From Eledone cirrhosa (Eukaryota), in NCBI GenBank assembly GCA_964016885.1, contig OZ024759.1, positions 30,628,001-30,692,000 of the forward strand: DNA of 64,000 nucleotides, written 5' to 3'. The number at the start of each line of letters is the position of its first letter. The first letter of the stretch is position 1. The notes below the pieces were generated by a model. The model was not told the DNA's origin and did not search any database. It saw only the letters and a program-made list of their open reading frames with translations. This document shows, in pieces, positions 1-13,545 of the stretch. Both the position numbers and the translations under genes were made by a program.

Positions 1-352
1 TTACTGTTGTTGTTGTAGGGGTGGTGGTCATGGCGTGGTCTGTTGTTGTTATTGTTGGGGTTGTTGTGGGTGTGGTGGTGGTCGTGGCGTGGTCTGTTGT
101 TGTTATTGTTGTTGTGGATGCGGTGGTGGTCGTGGCGTGGTCTGTTATTGTTGTTGTTGTTGCTGTTGTTGTTGTGGAGGTGGTGGCGTGGTCTGTTGTT
201 ATTGTTGTTGTTGTTGCTGTTGTTGTTGTGGAGGTGGTGGTGTGGTCTGTTGTTGCTGTTGTCTGTGGTGATGTTGTCATCGTTGGTGTTCGTGTGACCT
301 GTCCTTGTTGCTGTTGTTGTTGTTATTGTTTGTATATGTCTGTTGTTTGTTG
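1..352. repeat. Compound (GTT)/(GGT) low-complexity tandem repeat
   Basis: Repeated GGCGTGGTCTGTTGTT...GTTGTGG units; overlapping ORFs are poly-V/C/L artefacts. Confidence 0.9.
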
Positions 353-586
353 TTTGTTTTGCTTCGTTGAAAAACTGTTCAACTTGTTTCAACAAAATTT
401 AATCGATTGTTTTACAAACATACATCTATACACACCTTACACCAACACACATACGCACACATACCATATTCCAACACACACTTCCACACACATACGTTAT
501 TCCAACACACACACATCCACATACACATATCTACTCCCATACACCTTACACCCACAAGCATATATATACTGTCACACAAACAAACA

Positions 587-652
<66 letters not shown>

Positions 653-682
653 TAGAAATGAATACATATATGTATGTATGTA

Positions 683-780
<98 letters not shown>

Positions 781-781
781 G

Positions 782-877
<96 letters not shown>

Positions 878-1447
878 GGAAAACCAGAGAATTTGTAAAT
901 AGAAGAACGTGACAGATTTCATTTAAAACGAAATTTCTTTAGAACAAAAAAAAATATATATATATATATATAATAATAACAAGAAATAAAAAAAAATAAA
1001 TAAATAAAAACGAGCGAAAATCTGATGAAAACAAAATCAGAACAAATAAACAAAGAAACTAAAACACCAAAAACTTTGTCAATAAAGGAAGGAAAATATA
1101 AACGGCTTAGCATAACATTGTCAACAAATAAACTATTAATCATAAGAGAAAGACAAAAACTTGCAAAATATATCAAGCGAAATACATATGTTATCAAATA
1201 GAAAGTTTATTTACGTTATTTACTGATATCAACTGTAGCTTAACAAAATGGCGGCGGTAAATACTAACGAAAGAGTGGAAATTGGGTTTTGATTGTTTTA
1301 ACGGTTGGATTGCTTATCGGTTCAAAATCGTAAGATAAGCATTTTTAGTTCTATTTTCGGTCTGGATCGGGTTGCAGGTATTATCATTGAACACGATAAC
1401 TTTATTTCCTGATTGCAAAGCAAACGATTTAAATATCCAACTGAATC

Positions 1448-1625
1448 ATTGGCAGACTCGGTAGAACGTTGAATAGTGAATAGAATGCTTTGTGGTATTC
1501 GTTTCGGTACTCTTCTCTCTGAGTTTAAATCCTGCAGAAGCCAAATGTGATAGAGGCGCCAAAGTGGCAGAGTCGTTAGAACATCGGATAGAATGCTTTA
1601 TATTATTTGTTTCCGGTATAGGTTC
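1448..1625 (+). mobile_element. Two degenerate 5' fragments of the tRNA-derived SINE
   Basis: TGGCAGACTCGGTAGA and TGGCAGAGTCGTTAGA heads, AGAATGCTTT, GAGTTTAAATCC resemble the intact copy at 32654. Confidence 0.55.
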
Positions 1626-1634
1626 CGTCAGATT

Positions 1635-1860
1635 TTAACCCTTTACCATTTACATTACTCTATATTTACTAGTATATTTTCACAGTAACGGTTTTACCTC
1701 TCATAATTATCTCATAATATCGAATCTATGAGATGTTGATGTTATTTATTTTGAGAACAACACCTTAATATCAGTATGAGTCGTCGGTTACAGCCGGTTT
1801 GAAGAGAAAGAGGTGAGAGAATTCTGGCAGGATATGGCCGGTTTAAATGCTAAAGAGTTA
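1635..1860. mobile_element. piggyBac-like MITE
   Basis: Starts TTAA-CCCTTTACCATTTA and ends TAAATGCTAAAGAG-TTA: imperfect terminal inverted repeats at TTAA-like sites, non-coding interior. Confidence 0.55.
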
Positions 1861-2321
1861 TATGCCGTAGAAAAAAAAGGTGTATGGTAATACGGCGCCC
1901 CTATGACTCAATCATGAGTTATAGGCCCATGCCATGGCCAATAATTCGGCCATTCTGCATTCATCGGGAACATTAATTATTCTAATATATTCACTACACT
2001 TACTTCATTAACATCTCTCCAACATCACCGACATTGATTAAAGCTTATACTTCTTCTATTTCTCCACAAAAGGAGAGAGCGGGAGAAGGAGACAGGGCGG
2101 AGAGAGTGTGTGTTAGTTAGTGAGTGAGTGAGTGCTGAAGAGAGAGAGAGAGAGAGGGGGGACCGCGAGAGAGCGAGAAAGAAAGAAAAAGAAGAGAATA
2201 TAGAGAGAGGAAGAGAGAAAGAGCGAGAGAGAGAAAGAAACAGAGAGAGGAGGGAGGTGATAGAAAGAAAGAGAGATAGAGATAGCTAGAGAGTCATAAA
2301 TAAAGAGGTATAAATGAATCA

Positions 2322-2470
2322 TCGACCCCATTACATGACTGGTACTGTTTTAATTGATCTTGAAAGCACGGTAGGCAAAGTTGATCACAGTGAGATTTGA
2401 AATCAGCGAGAGCAGAAATCCAGAACGAACATCGCAAAGAATTCTATTCGTCGTTCCAATAACCCTACCT
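2322..2470 (-). mobile_element. Degenerate tRNA-derived SINE
   Basis: TCGACCCC...ACTGGTACT...GGCAAAGTTGA...GATTTGAA matches the reverse complement of the SINE family. Confidence 0.55.
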
Positions 2471-3085
2471 TTTTATCGCTTAGTATTGATACTAAACGAT
2501 ACTAATCGATACAAACAGCGTCTGCTTCATTTTTTTACTCCGCCGACCCTCTCCGTAACGTATTTTATTCACATAGACCAATAAAGACATTTAATCGGTC
2601 AATATCTATTTTCCAAGAGAGCAGATATATAATGTGTGTCAACACCTTTAAGAAATGACAGGTAAATCAATTTGAGAATTTGAGAACAATTGGGTTTCCC
2701 CAATCATCTTACTCAGCACATTTCATCGATCGATTTAGCAATCAATCATGCAATGAACCAATCTAATAATTTGTTAGAAAAGAAATCTTTTATTTTTCAT
2801 TTAAAACACGTTTTCCTCAACCTAATCTTCGCGACATTTCCATCTTAAATCGATCGGTGATTAGTTTATTCAATAAATCACCTCACCCTATGAGACACGA
2901 TATCTGTTGTGATAGTTCTAACAGATTATTATCGAATGCAAGATCGTCTCTGTCTCTGACATTAAAGATGTTTTTACTTTATACCCATGCCATGTAATAT
3001 CACTGCGTCGTGATCTAACTGTCCAGCGATTCCTCGAAGGAAGAAGCAACCTAGAATAAAACATTTTGTTCAAGAACTGCAACAT

Positions 3086-3136
<51 letters not shown>

Positions 3137-3156
3137 TAGATAGATAGATATAGATA

Positions 3157-3342
3157 TATTTAATTAGAAAGTGAACAACACAAAATATAACTACTCCATT
3201 ACCAAAGGTTTCTGGATCACAGACGATAATAACATCTCTGTCTGATGAACGATCCAGACGTATATGTTATTATCGCCTGTGATCCAGAAACCTTTGGAAA
3301 TGGAGAAGTTATATTTTGTGTTGTTCACTGTCTAATTAAATA
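3157..3342. mobile_element. Fold-back palindrome carrying inverted hammerhead 3' halves
   Basis: Inverted arms of about 85 bp; left arm on - strand reads GAAA-CCTTTGG-TA-ATGGAG, right arm GAAA-CCTTTGG-AA at 3287; preceded by (TA)n/(GATA)n. Confidence 0.75.
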
Positions 3343-3406
3343 GGTCTGTTCTATACATGGAACACTCTTTTATCCTTTGCTTTTCCTTTGGAATCACGTA
3401 ACATGT

Positions 3407-3454
<48 letters not shown>

Positions 3455-3512
3455 TCAGTATATTATTCATTCAGACACATATACATACCCACCTACCTAC
3501 ATGCCTATATAT

Positions 3513-3546
<34 letters not shown>

Positions 3547-3549
<3 letters not shown>

Positions 3550-3674
3550 GGAACGAGTAGGACCCCGACGGCTGAGCTCAAGCCGTTTCGACGGCTAATT
3601 CTGGACTAAATTTAGTCCAGAATTAGCGGTCGAAACGGCTTGAGCTCAGCCGTCGGGGTCCTACTCGTTCCTAT
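3547..3674. mobile_element. Near-perfect fold-back palindrome, family A (HHR 3' half GAAA-CGGC..GCCG-TC)
   Basis: 64-bp arms with one mismatch, axis at 3610/3611; GAAA 3632-3635, CGGC/GCCG stem, TC 3653-3654; abuts (TA)n; shared family tail continues to about 3750. Confidence 0.85.
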
Positions 3675-3870
3675 TACCCACTCTACTACCCTAGGTATTG
3701 AGTACTTTGGTGCGTTATGGTCCACCTGGTTCTTTACCACATTTCTTTCGTTAGAAGATAGAACGAGAAATAAAAGATGGAATAGAAATATAGACAATGT
3801 AAAGAGAAAAAAATAGAAACAAATAATTTGAGAAAAAAACCTGTACGTATTGTGTCAGCCATTTTAGAGG

Positions 3871-3906
<36 letters not shown>

Positions 3907-4319
3907 ATGCTAAACAAATTCAGAAACGAAATATATATATATATAATATAAATTCATTATTATCTTTTGAATGCCAGACTTATATCCTAAAAACTAGGCC
4001 ACGTATCTTTGTAAAAGGAAAACCCCTCCACTCCCAACACTGCACCACATGAAAAAAACCGAGAAAGAATGAACAAAACAATATGCTTTTCGTTCGATTC
4101 AACAATTAATTTCTATGTGGTATGCAGATACTTCCGATTTTAAAGAATCTTTATTCAATATTTCATCAGTTCTTATCCTAACATTTAAAGACAACGCAAC
4201 TTCTATCATTTCAATTCAATCATTTTAATAAAACCACTAATGTAGTGACGTTCACTGAACTACAAAATCGAAATGGCGGCCGCCATTTTCTTTCTGAAAG
4301 AATATGACTAAAACGTACC

Positions 4320-4351
<32 letters not shown>

Positions 4352-4361
4352 TGTAACATCC

Positions 4362-4472
<111 letters not shown>

Positions 4473-4593
4473 AAATATATACAAAATAAATTTAATTAAA
4501 TTAAATTAAGGGAGTCATGTCCGAGACATGCGCCATATCCACCGTAGAATAAGGTCAAAGATTCCAATGAATAGAGACGAGCATTTCATATCA

Positions 4594-4902
4594 ACTAGAA
4601 ATAGATTGACATATATATACTGTATATTTAAAATAAACACATGAAACTATCACAGGGGATAATTTGTAAAGTGTGTAATCACACAAAGCTAGGTAGGTAA
4701 CTAATTAAAGTTTAACTAGAGCTTCAAATATTACCTTTTAAAAAATGATTAATAATTCTTTAAAAGGTAATATTTGAAGCTCTAGTTAAACTGTAATTAG
4801 TTACCTACCTAGCTTTGTGTGATTACACACTTTACAAATTATCCCCTGTGATTGTTTCATGTGTTTATTTTAAATATATATACACGTCAATCAATTTCTA
4901 GT
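4594..4902. repeat. Long imperfect palindrome
   Basis: Arms of about 150 bp (ACTAGAAAT...ATTACCTTTTAA / TTAAAAGGTAAT...ATTTCTAGT), followed by (TA)n; no convincing HHR motif seen. Confidence 0.85.
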
Positions 4903-4970
4903 AAATATATATATATATATATATATTATTCAAAAGGTTAATAAATGAAAAATATTCTCATAATCAAAAT

Positions 4971-5039
4971 ATATATTTTATTATACATATTTCAAAGGTA
5001 CAAAGGTGTTTAAGTACGTTTTCATCAGACAAAATATAT
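4971..5039 (-). ncRNA. Type I hammerhead ribozyme motif, family B
   Basis: - strand: ATATATTTTGT CTGATGA AAAcGTAC...GTACcTTT GAAA TATGTA TA ATAAAATATAT; 11-bp stem I with one G-U and intact core. Confidence 0.75.
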
Positions 5040-5100
5040 GATTTGATATGTGACATACCGCTACGGTTTTGATTATTCAATGGATGGATATATATATATT

Positions 5101-5369
<269 letters not shown>

Positions 5370-5420
5370 GGTTCACCTGCTTCCTTACCACACTTCCTTC
5401 GTTATATATATGTATGGAAG

Positions 5421-5604
5421 GGCGGTGGATTGGCAGTATCAGTAGAGGGTCGGAAGTCATGCTTTCCAGCATAGTTACGTCCCTTTACGATTTGAGTTCA
5501 AATCCCGCCGAGGTTGACTTTGCCTTTCATCTTTACGGGGTCGATAAAATAAAGTACCAGTAATGCACTGGGTGATTGCTGGCCTTGTGCCTAAAGTAGA
5601 AATT
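5421..5604 (+). mobile_element. tRNA-derived SINE, full length
   Basis: A-box-like TGGCAGTATCAG, B-box GAGTTCAAATC, central GCCTTTCATC..GGGGTCGATAAAATAAAGTACCAG, tail GCTGGCCTTGTGCCTAAAGTAGAAA. Confidence 0.9.
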
Positions 5605-5624
5605 GTTATATATATGTATGTATA

Positions 5625-5920
5625 AAAATAAAAATAAAACAATACCCGTGGTTGTAGGTACTCTAGGAATGATACCTAGGGGGTCCATTGATTACTTATC
5701 TCAAATACCAGGAAATCCGCGTATAGAAGAGATACAAAATATAGTACTAATGAGAACTGCCGTATACTAAGAAAGATTCTGTCAAAATAAATATATCACA
5801 AGTCGAAACACCTAATCTGTATGTGTTCTTTCTTGAACATGCAGGACCTTGTTGTCTCTTGAGGTCACTGGTTGTGACTTGGTGATAAAACGTATGAACA
5901 TAAAGCAAGGTAAATGACAA
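5625..5920 (+). mobile_element. 3' remnant of an R4/Dong-type (restriction-like endonuclease) non-LTR retrotransposon
   Basis: Translates [40 protein letters not shown] then, after a frameshift, ILRKILSK*; typical R4/Dong C-terminus; ends in a (TAA)n array. Confidence 0.7.
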
Positions 5921-5922
5921 TA

Positions 5923-5970
<48 letters not shown>

Positions 5971-6335
5971 GTAATAATAATAATAATGATGATGATGATG
6001 ATGATGATGCGTTCAATATTGAAATATTTAAATACTTTATGTATTGAGAAACAAAGAGATCAACAACAACGAAAGCAAAAAAACGCCAAACAGATGTAAG
6101 TTTAAAATTTAAAGAACCAACAACAACAACAACAACAGCAACGCAATGCCGAAAATCATGGATTAATGTTAAAAACACACTGAACCGATAAAAGGAATTT
6201 GTTTCTCTAAAACTATTTATATTTGGAATTACAGAATTCGCGAAATAACTGCGTATATATGTATATAAGTATATATCTCTATATCTATGTGTATATGAAT
6301 ATGTATATATGTATGTATATAAACATATACACACA

Positions 6336-6471
<136 letters not shown>

Positions 6472-6477
6472 CTGCAC

Positions 6478-6589
6478 AATATGGTGAGTGTATATGTGTA
6501 AGATCGATCGTGTTGTTGACGCTGGAGCCGATTTCTACATCTGATTATGTAGAATATAGATTGATTTCTGTATGTAGATGTATATATAT

Positions 6590-6635
<46 letters not shown>

Positions 6636-7135
6636 TTATATGTGTCAATATATACATATATAATATATAGTTCAAGGAAACAGCAAACGGAGATTTTACG
6701 TTTTATATGCAAAAGAATATATACAATATAGTGAGTGTGTGTGTATACATACATATATATATATATATATACATACATACATGTCTATATATACAATATA
6801 GTGTGAGGTACGTGTAGGTTTGTTTTGTTGACGCTGGAGATATTTTCTACATCTGATTATGTAGAGTATAGATACAATGTATATATATATATATATATAA
6901 ATAAATAAATGTAATCTGAGTTTCTCGAATATTAATAATAACATTCGATTCGTTTGCAATTACGCAAACAAGCCTAATTTTTTATAGCCATGTCAGTAGA
7001 ATGAACCCTTCATTCTTGCTCTTGTGTTGACATGTATAGCAAAAATCTTCTTTTATATAGTGAGTGAATATATCCGAGTTGTTGACGCTGGAGATGTTTT
7101 CTACATGTAATTATGTAAAGTAGATTTTATCTGTA
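6478..7135. repeat. Three diverged direct copies of a roughly 100-bp unit separated by (TA)n
   Basis: GTTGTTGACGCTGGAG..TTTCTACAT.T.ATTATGTA recurs at about 6512, 6826 and 7078. Confidence 0.75.
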
Positions 7136-7245
7136 TTTCGCATTATTTTACCTGGAAAATTAAATGGAATAGGAAATCTCATGGATTACAAAATGACAGA
7201 CTTGAAGATGGGTTTACGTACACACACATACACATAAACACATTG

Positions 7246-7281
<36 letters not shown>

Positions 7282-7524
7282 ACAGACACACACAGACACA
7301 CACAGACACACAAACAAACTCACACGGACACACACACACACATACACTGAATCAAATTATTAGATCAAATTATTAGACACAAAATCTGGTAAACACACAC
7401 ATATATATATATATATATTTATATATATCTATATATATATATATATATATATATATCGTTTCTGAATTTGTTTAGCAAGATTCTTTATCTGAAATCATGT
7501 GTTGAAACCGATATTGTTATACTT

Positions 7525-8110
7525 TGGGAGGGTCATGTTGCCAATAAGATAGAACACAAGGGTAAATTAGAGAACATAGAAATAAAAATAGAATCTACAC
7601 ACAGAAAAGATGCAATGTTTAGACAAATTACAGAGGCAATAAACATAAAAGAATTACAACCAAAATTAAATAGAAAATATGAGTGTAACAGCAACATCAC
7701 AACTTACAATTAAGGACAAAATGAAAACACACACACACATAGAACAAACAACCAACCAATAACATGTAAATAAATAAACAAATAGATAAATGAACACAAA
7801 CACACACAGACACCCGGATGTGGCGCATGCGCAAACTAAGCACACAACACACACACAGAAACAAAATGGCGTAGGACAGAAGAAAGGAAAGGCACAGAAA
7901 CAAAGAAAGGAATCCCCAGTCACTGAAGAGGTCACAGAGTGTGTGACGAAAGGACTATGACTATATATAAACAACTATCTGGTTGTGGAACCAACCAACC
8001 AAATTTATAAATTTGTAGATTTGTAAATTTATAAATTTATAAATATCTAATAAATTGAAGTGAATGCATGAGGTGCGTGTGTTTCTTATTGGCAACATGA
8101 CCCTCCCAAA
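7525..8110 (+). mobile_element. Penelope-like element 3' remnant (GIY-YIG C-terminus plus 3' region with HHR)
   Basis: ORF 7468-7713 contains HKGKLENIEIKIESTHRKDAMFRQITEAINIKELQPKLNRK, matching the PLE endonuclease end R..I.EAI.I....P.LN; HHR about 200 bp downstream. Confidence 0.7.
7918..7962 (+). ncRNA. Minimal type I hammerhead ribozyme motif
   Basis: AGTCA CTGAAGA G GTCACA-gagtg-TGTGAC GAAA GGAC TA TGACT: 5-bp stem I, 6-bp stem II with one extra purine, minimal stem III. Confidence 0.7.
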
Positions 8111-8114
8111 GTAT

Positions 8115-8178
<64 letters not shown>

Positions 8179-8211
8179 GTCTATGTATTCTCACACCAGA
8201 CACTCGACACC

Positions 8212-8345
<134 letters not shown>

Positions 8346-8477
8346 TAATATATATATATATATATATATTATAACTAACAAAAAGTTATCGCTCTACATG
8401 GCTGATTACAATAAGTGTAATCTGAGTTTTTTATACATTTATATATATATATGTCTCTCTCTCTCACTCTCTATCTA

Positions 8478-8526
<49 letters not shown>

Positions 8527-8877
8527 CTCTCTGTAAACACAAGTGAAAAGGATTGAAGCGATGTCTGTATACGAATTATCACAAGACTGTTGGAACCTCA
8601 AACACGCAAGTAGCTGTAAATACAGCCAGACGTTATTATGCATAGCAAACATCGAGTTAAAATATCACCTAATATGATCAGAAGACCCTTGTCTTTGTGT
8701 GAATTGTAATTACAAAAATAAATGTCTTCGATATAACAGAGGTATTCTATATTACTTAATATATGTGGTAACTAAGTATATCTCTCTTGATACTCAGAGT
8801 TTCATGATGGGATCAGTTTAATGATTGTTGTATACCTTAGACGGCTACCAGGTTGGCCTTGATATTAGAGCCGGACC

Positions 8878-8913
8878 TTAGTAGTAGTAGCGGTAGTAGT
8901 AGTAGTAGTAGTG

Positions 8914-8950
<37 letters not shown>

Positions 8951-9063
8951 CAGCAGTAGCAGCAGTAGTAGTAGTAGTAGTAATGGTGGTGGTGGTGGTA
9001 GTAATAGTAGTAGTGGTAGTAGTAGTATTAGTAGTAGTAGTAGCAAAGCAGTAGTAGTAGTAA

Positions 9064-9098
<35 letters not shown>

Positions 9099-9178
9099 GC
9101 GGTGGTGGTGGTGGTGGTAGTTATAGTAGTAGCAGCAGTAGTAGCAGTAGTAGTAGTTGCAGCAGCACCAGCAACAGC

Positions 9179-9232
<54 letters not shown>

Positions 9233-9275
9233 TGTTGTTGTTGTAATAGCATTAGTAGTAGTGGTGGTGGTAGTA
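8878..9275. repeat. (AGT)n-rich microsatellite
   Basis: Direct reading of the sequence. Confidence 0.95.
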
Positions 9276-9551
9276 ATTAGAAAGTAGCTTGTAGTTACAT
9301 CACAGACTTCGCGACTAATTATGAAGATATCTGGACATGTTTCTCTCATCTTCTTAGAACAGAAGAACTGAGGAGAAACTCTCTCTCTCTCTCTCTCAGA
9401 CACATACATACTCTCTCTCTCACACACACACATACTCTCTCTCTCACACACACATACTCTCTCTATATATATCATTCTATCTATCTCTCTATCTCTACCT
9501 GACTCCCTCTTTCTCACTATTTATCCATCTCTCTCTCTCTTTCTCTCTCTC

Positions 9552-9587
<36 letters not shown>

Positions 9588-9643
9588 CGTGTCTGTCTAT
9601 GTGTGTATATATATATAACCCCTCTCTGTATCTATCTATCTAC

Positions 9644-9739
<96 letters not shown>

Positions 9740-9822
9740 ATATGTGTGTCTGTCTATGTGTGTGTGTCTGTCTACGTGTGTATATATATATATATAACCC
9801 ATCTCTGTATCTATCTATCTAC

Positions 9823-9866
<44 letters not shown>

Positions 9867-10244
9867 CTATCTCTCTCCCCCACTCTCTCTCGGAGCTCTG
9901 CTTCAGTATTTCCTTTATTACCGACATCAAAGTCTTTAATCTTTGATGCGGGTTATCTTGGGAGAATCACAGATGTAAGGTATGGCTGGATACTTATTTA
10001 CAGAATCCTGAAGATTGTATGTAGAATACGAGAGAGAGAGAGGGGGGGGGGTAATAAGAGTATCGTTGCCCTAGGGACACACAACACACTGTGTCTGTAC
10101 TGGAATCTGATTGCACGACATTTTGGCATTAATATTGGTCAGGTGGGCAAATAATGGTTTCTGTTTCAGGCACAACGCCAATAATTTCCGTTTAATTAGA
10201 TCCCAGGGAGTTACTGTAATAATAATATTAATAATATTAATAAT

Positions 10245-10429
10245 AATTGTTTCTACTTTTGGCACAAGGCCACCAATTATCCCAGTGCATTACTGGTACT
10301 TTATGTTATCCACCCCGTAAGGATGAAAGGCAAAGTTAACCTCGGCAGGATTTGAACTCAGACCGTAAAGTGGCGTATCTCTATGCTGCAAGGCATGGCG
10401 ACCGGCCCTCTGCCGATACTGCCAATCCA
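10245..10429 (-). mobile_element. tRNA-derived SINE, full length
   Basis: Reverse complement of the family seen at 5421 and 32654. Confidence 0.9.
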
Positions 10430-10537
10430 TAATGGTTTCTAGTGTTGGTGATTTTGTTGATGTTGTTGTTGTTGGTGGTGGTGGTGGTTTTGTAGTTGCT
10501 GTTGTTGTTGGTAATGGTGGTTGCGGTGGTCATTTTG

Positions 10538-10570
<33 letters not shown>

Positions 10571-11337
10571 TTGTTGTTGATGTTGTTGGTGGTAGTGGTG
10601 GTTGTCGATGTGATTTCGTTTTTGTTGTTGCACACACACACAAACAAACATACACCACGCACGTACACCACACACACACTGGTGCCCACACACTCACACA
10701 TACCCATCTCCCCCACACACAGTTTAGCTGTTGTAGTAGTAGTTGTTGTTGTTATTGTTGTGCTGGTGTTTCTTACAATTTGTGGAAAAATAAAAATTTC
10801 AAAAATTTACACGATAATAATTCAAAAGATTTCCTTTTGAATATAAATGAAGAATTCCGCTCTCTTCTGAAATGTCAAATTTCTCAGCAATAGCATTAGC
10901 TGTCGTTTCCTTAAATTATAGACTGAAAGTATCATCGTTAGATCCATTATAGACAGGCGACAGTGTCATTGCTGATAAAATCTAAAGCAACGATTGAGAA
11001 GATGATAAACTCAATTCTATTTGATTGCAGAGGAAAGTAGCTATTTTGGGGCTTTTTACTGTAGATCAAATGGTTTTAAGTTGGTCGATCACTAATACTT
11101 TGGTTTCATTCTCAAGTTGATTACATCACTTCTATATTCTGCTGAAGATCTTTCATACATCATCTCAACCATGTCAATTCGTTTGGCATTGAAGAGGTGG
11201 ACTTAATAGGGAAGCTACAGTTTAACATGTACTGTGCCGATAGAGGATTCAAATGGTTTTAAATTGGTCCATCGTTAATACATTGGTTTGCTCTCAAGTT
11301 AATTACCTAAGTTCTATATTCTGATGGAGATCTTACA

Positions 11338-11655
11338 CACGACGGTCAGCTAAAACGTTCATAGGCTACCAAGATACTCTCATGGAATAAGAAAATGGGG
11401 TTTATTTTTCAATATATTACCTGAAAAAAAACAGTGTTGTTATTAATAAGAAAAGTTGAAATGGACTGAAAAGTTCATAGGCTGACCAAGATACTCTCAT
11501 GGAATGACTAAATGCGGTTTATTTTTCAACAAAATCCCTGGAAAGAAACAATGCAATTAATAATAAAAAGGGTTGAAATTAATGCATGCAAGATATCACA
11601 CCGCTAACATCACTCCTTCATAGTCAGCCTATGAACCTGTTATCTAACCCTCGTA
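11338..11655. mobile_element. Tc1/mariner-type MITE with internal duplication
   Basis: Ends ACGACGGTCAGCTAAAACGTTCATAGGCT and AGCCTATGAACCTGTTATCTAACCCTCGTA are imperfect TIRs ending in TA; about 115 bp duplicated inside; related copy at 32010-32210. Confidence 0.6.
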
Positions 11656-12595
11656 CATACATGATGATTTCACCAATGTCAGTTGTTTTAGCATTGAAGA
11701 GGTTGTCTTAATGGGGAAGCTATAGCTTAGCCAGCACTATCGAGGTGAAGTAGATTCGTGGGGCTACATATGTTAACATCAATGGCTGGTATCAACGTGA
11801 TACTGATGTAATTCGTGTCGCTACATTAATATTATTTCATTATTTAAAGTGTTCGGAAGAACAGAAACGAATAAATTCACTTTCAAAGCGTTTACTTTAT
11901 GTGCTTTTTGTTTTGTTTTTGTTTTTGTGGATAAGAGTTATTAGCTTCGCAGAATACACCAAAATAATTCTTTCATTTTCTACAAGATTATCCAAGCATC
12001 TGTTTTTCAGCGCTATATACATCACGTTGGTTACCTTTCGTTTCAGTTCAGTTGCATTCAGTTATCACGTTGCGTACGAAGCTAATGTCATGTATTATAT
12101 ATTATAAAGTTGTATGTATATTACCTTTTGCTTTTGTTCACTGCAATGTCTGTGTTTTGTTTTTCCTTTTTCTTATGATCATCTTAGTCTATTATTCTAA
12201 CTTCTACGAAGGTATTTTGGTACGTGTCATGTCGCGTTGCTTTATATATGATTGAATATTACACTAGTGTTCGTGTAAGAAATACAAAAATTATAAAGGA
12301 AATATTAATATCTATGTAAAAAAGAAAAATAGATTATAATCTTAATAAATGTGGTATATTAATAAATGTAAATATATGTGGTAAGACTGAAATGATTAAA
12401 AAAAAAGTTTATGAACGACGATAAGATTACTTTTTTGAAAATAAGATATAGGATTGAGTAACCGCCATATTTCTTCTTTTCGTTCTTGTCATTTTATTGC
12501 GCATCCTTCAGTCAAGTACTTCAGTCAAGTACTTTAGTCAAGTACTGGGGTTGATTCTTCGTGTGTATCTCTTGCTCGCTTCCTCTCTGTCAGTT

Positions 12596-12950
12596 TCTAT
12601 CCTTCTCTGGAAGAAATCTGCTGTATTCAGACCCGGAGAGGGGATGGGCCCCACCAGGCTTAAAATTTCCCTAAAAACGCCATATGTCAATACGGCGCTC
12701 ATACGACCCCCATCCGGAGTTACGGGACTATACCATACCATTTGTGCCTTTCTCACTTCTACCAACCATTTGTACCTTTCTCACTTCTATTCTCTCACTC
12801 TCTATCCTTCTCTGGAAGAGATATACTGTACTCCGACCTGGACAGGAGATGGGCTCCGCCAGGTTTAAATTACCCAAGAAATGCCGTACGAGAGTATGTC
12901 AATACGGTACCCCTACGACTCCCTCAGGAGTTATGAGACCATTCCATATC
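12596..12950 (+). repeat. Tandem dimer (about 205-bp period) of a hairpin-rich dispersed repeat
   Basis: TCTATCCTTCTCTGGAAGA at 12596 and 12800; distal part also present at about 1862-1930 (+) and 34280-34340 (-). Confidence 0.7.
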
Positions 12951-13074
12951 TTATTTATTGTTAACTTTGATACCTGATCCTTTTCTATCTACTCTATTAA
13001 TTTAACCCCTACTGTCTCCGTTTATTTGTATTGGCCTTTGTGTTTCGGCCCGAGTTGCGAATACAGAATTGTTT

Positions 13075-13160
13075 TCTTCTTCTTCTTCTTCTTCTTCTTC
13101 TTCTTCTTCTTCTTCTTCTTCTTCTTCTTCTTCTTCTTCTTCTTCTTCTTCTTCTTCTTC
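13075..13160. repeat. (CTT)n microsatellite
   Basis: Direct reading of the sequence. Confidence 0.95.
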
Positions 13161-13354
13161 CTGAAAAATAAACAAGTAATCTAATTAATGTTTTTTCGTT
13201 TCATACAACATTTGAGAGAAAATGTCTGCCAAAAATGTTAAATATTCTCTTCTTGAGTCTGACAAAAAACTGTTTCTGACATACTTACAACACTAGATTT
13301 AGTTTCTTCGCTGGTTTGGGTAGTGTCAACCCTCGGCTTATTATTTTTATTACA

Positions 13355-13545
13355 GGCGGTGGATTGGCAGTATCGGTAGAGGGTCGGACGCCATGCTTTC
13401 CAGCAAAGAGTTACGGCCCTTTATGGTCTGAGTTCAAGTCCCGGCGAGGTTAACTTTACCTTTCATCCTTACGGGGGTCGTTAAAATAAAGTACCAGTAT
13501 TAAAGTGGGATAAATGCTGGCCTTGTGCCAAAAGTAGAAACAATT
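13355..13545 (+). mobile_element. tRNA-derived SINE, full length
   Basis: GGCGGTGGATTGGCAGTATCGGTAGAG...GAGTTCAAGTC...AAAGTAGAAACAATT. Confidence 0.9.

Noticed and set aside
1248-1292. Possible first exon ATGGCGGCG followed by GTAAAT
   Set aside because: Short frame ending in TGA, weak donor, and no matching downstream exons found.
3242-3248. CTGATGA at the axis of the 3157-3342 palindrome as a complete hammerhead core
   Set aside because: Flanks do not form stem I and stem II in register with GAAA at 3287.
5421-5510. tRNA gene suggested by A and B boxes
   Set aside because: No cloverleaf; it is the head of a SINE present about 20 times in the window.
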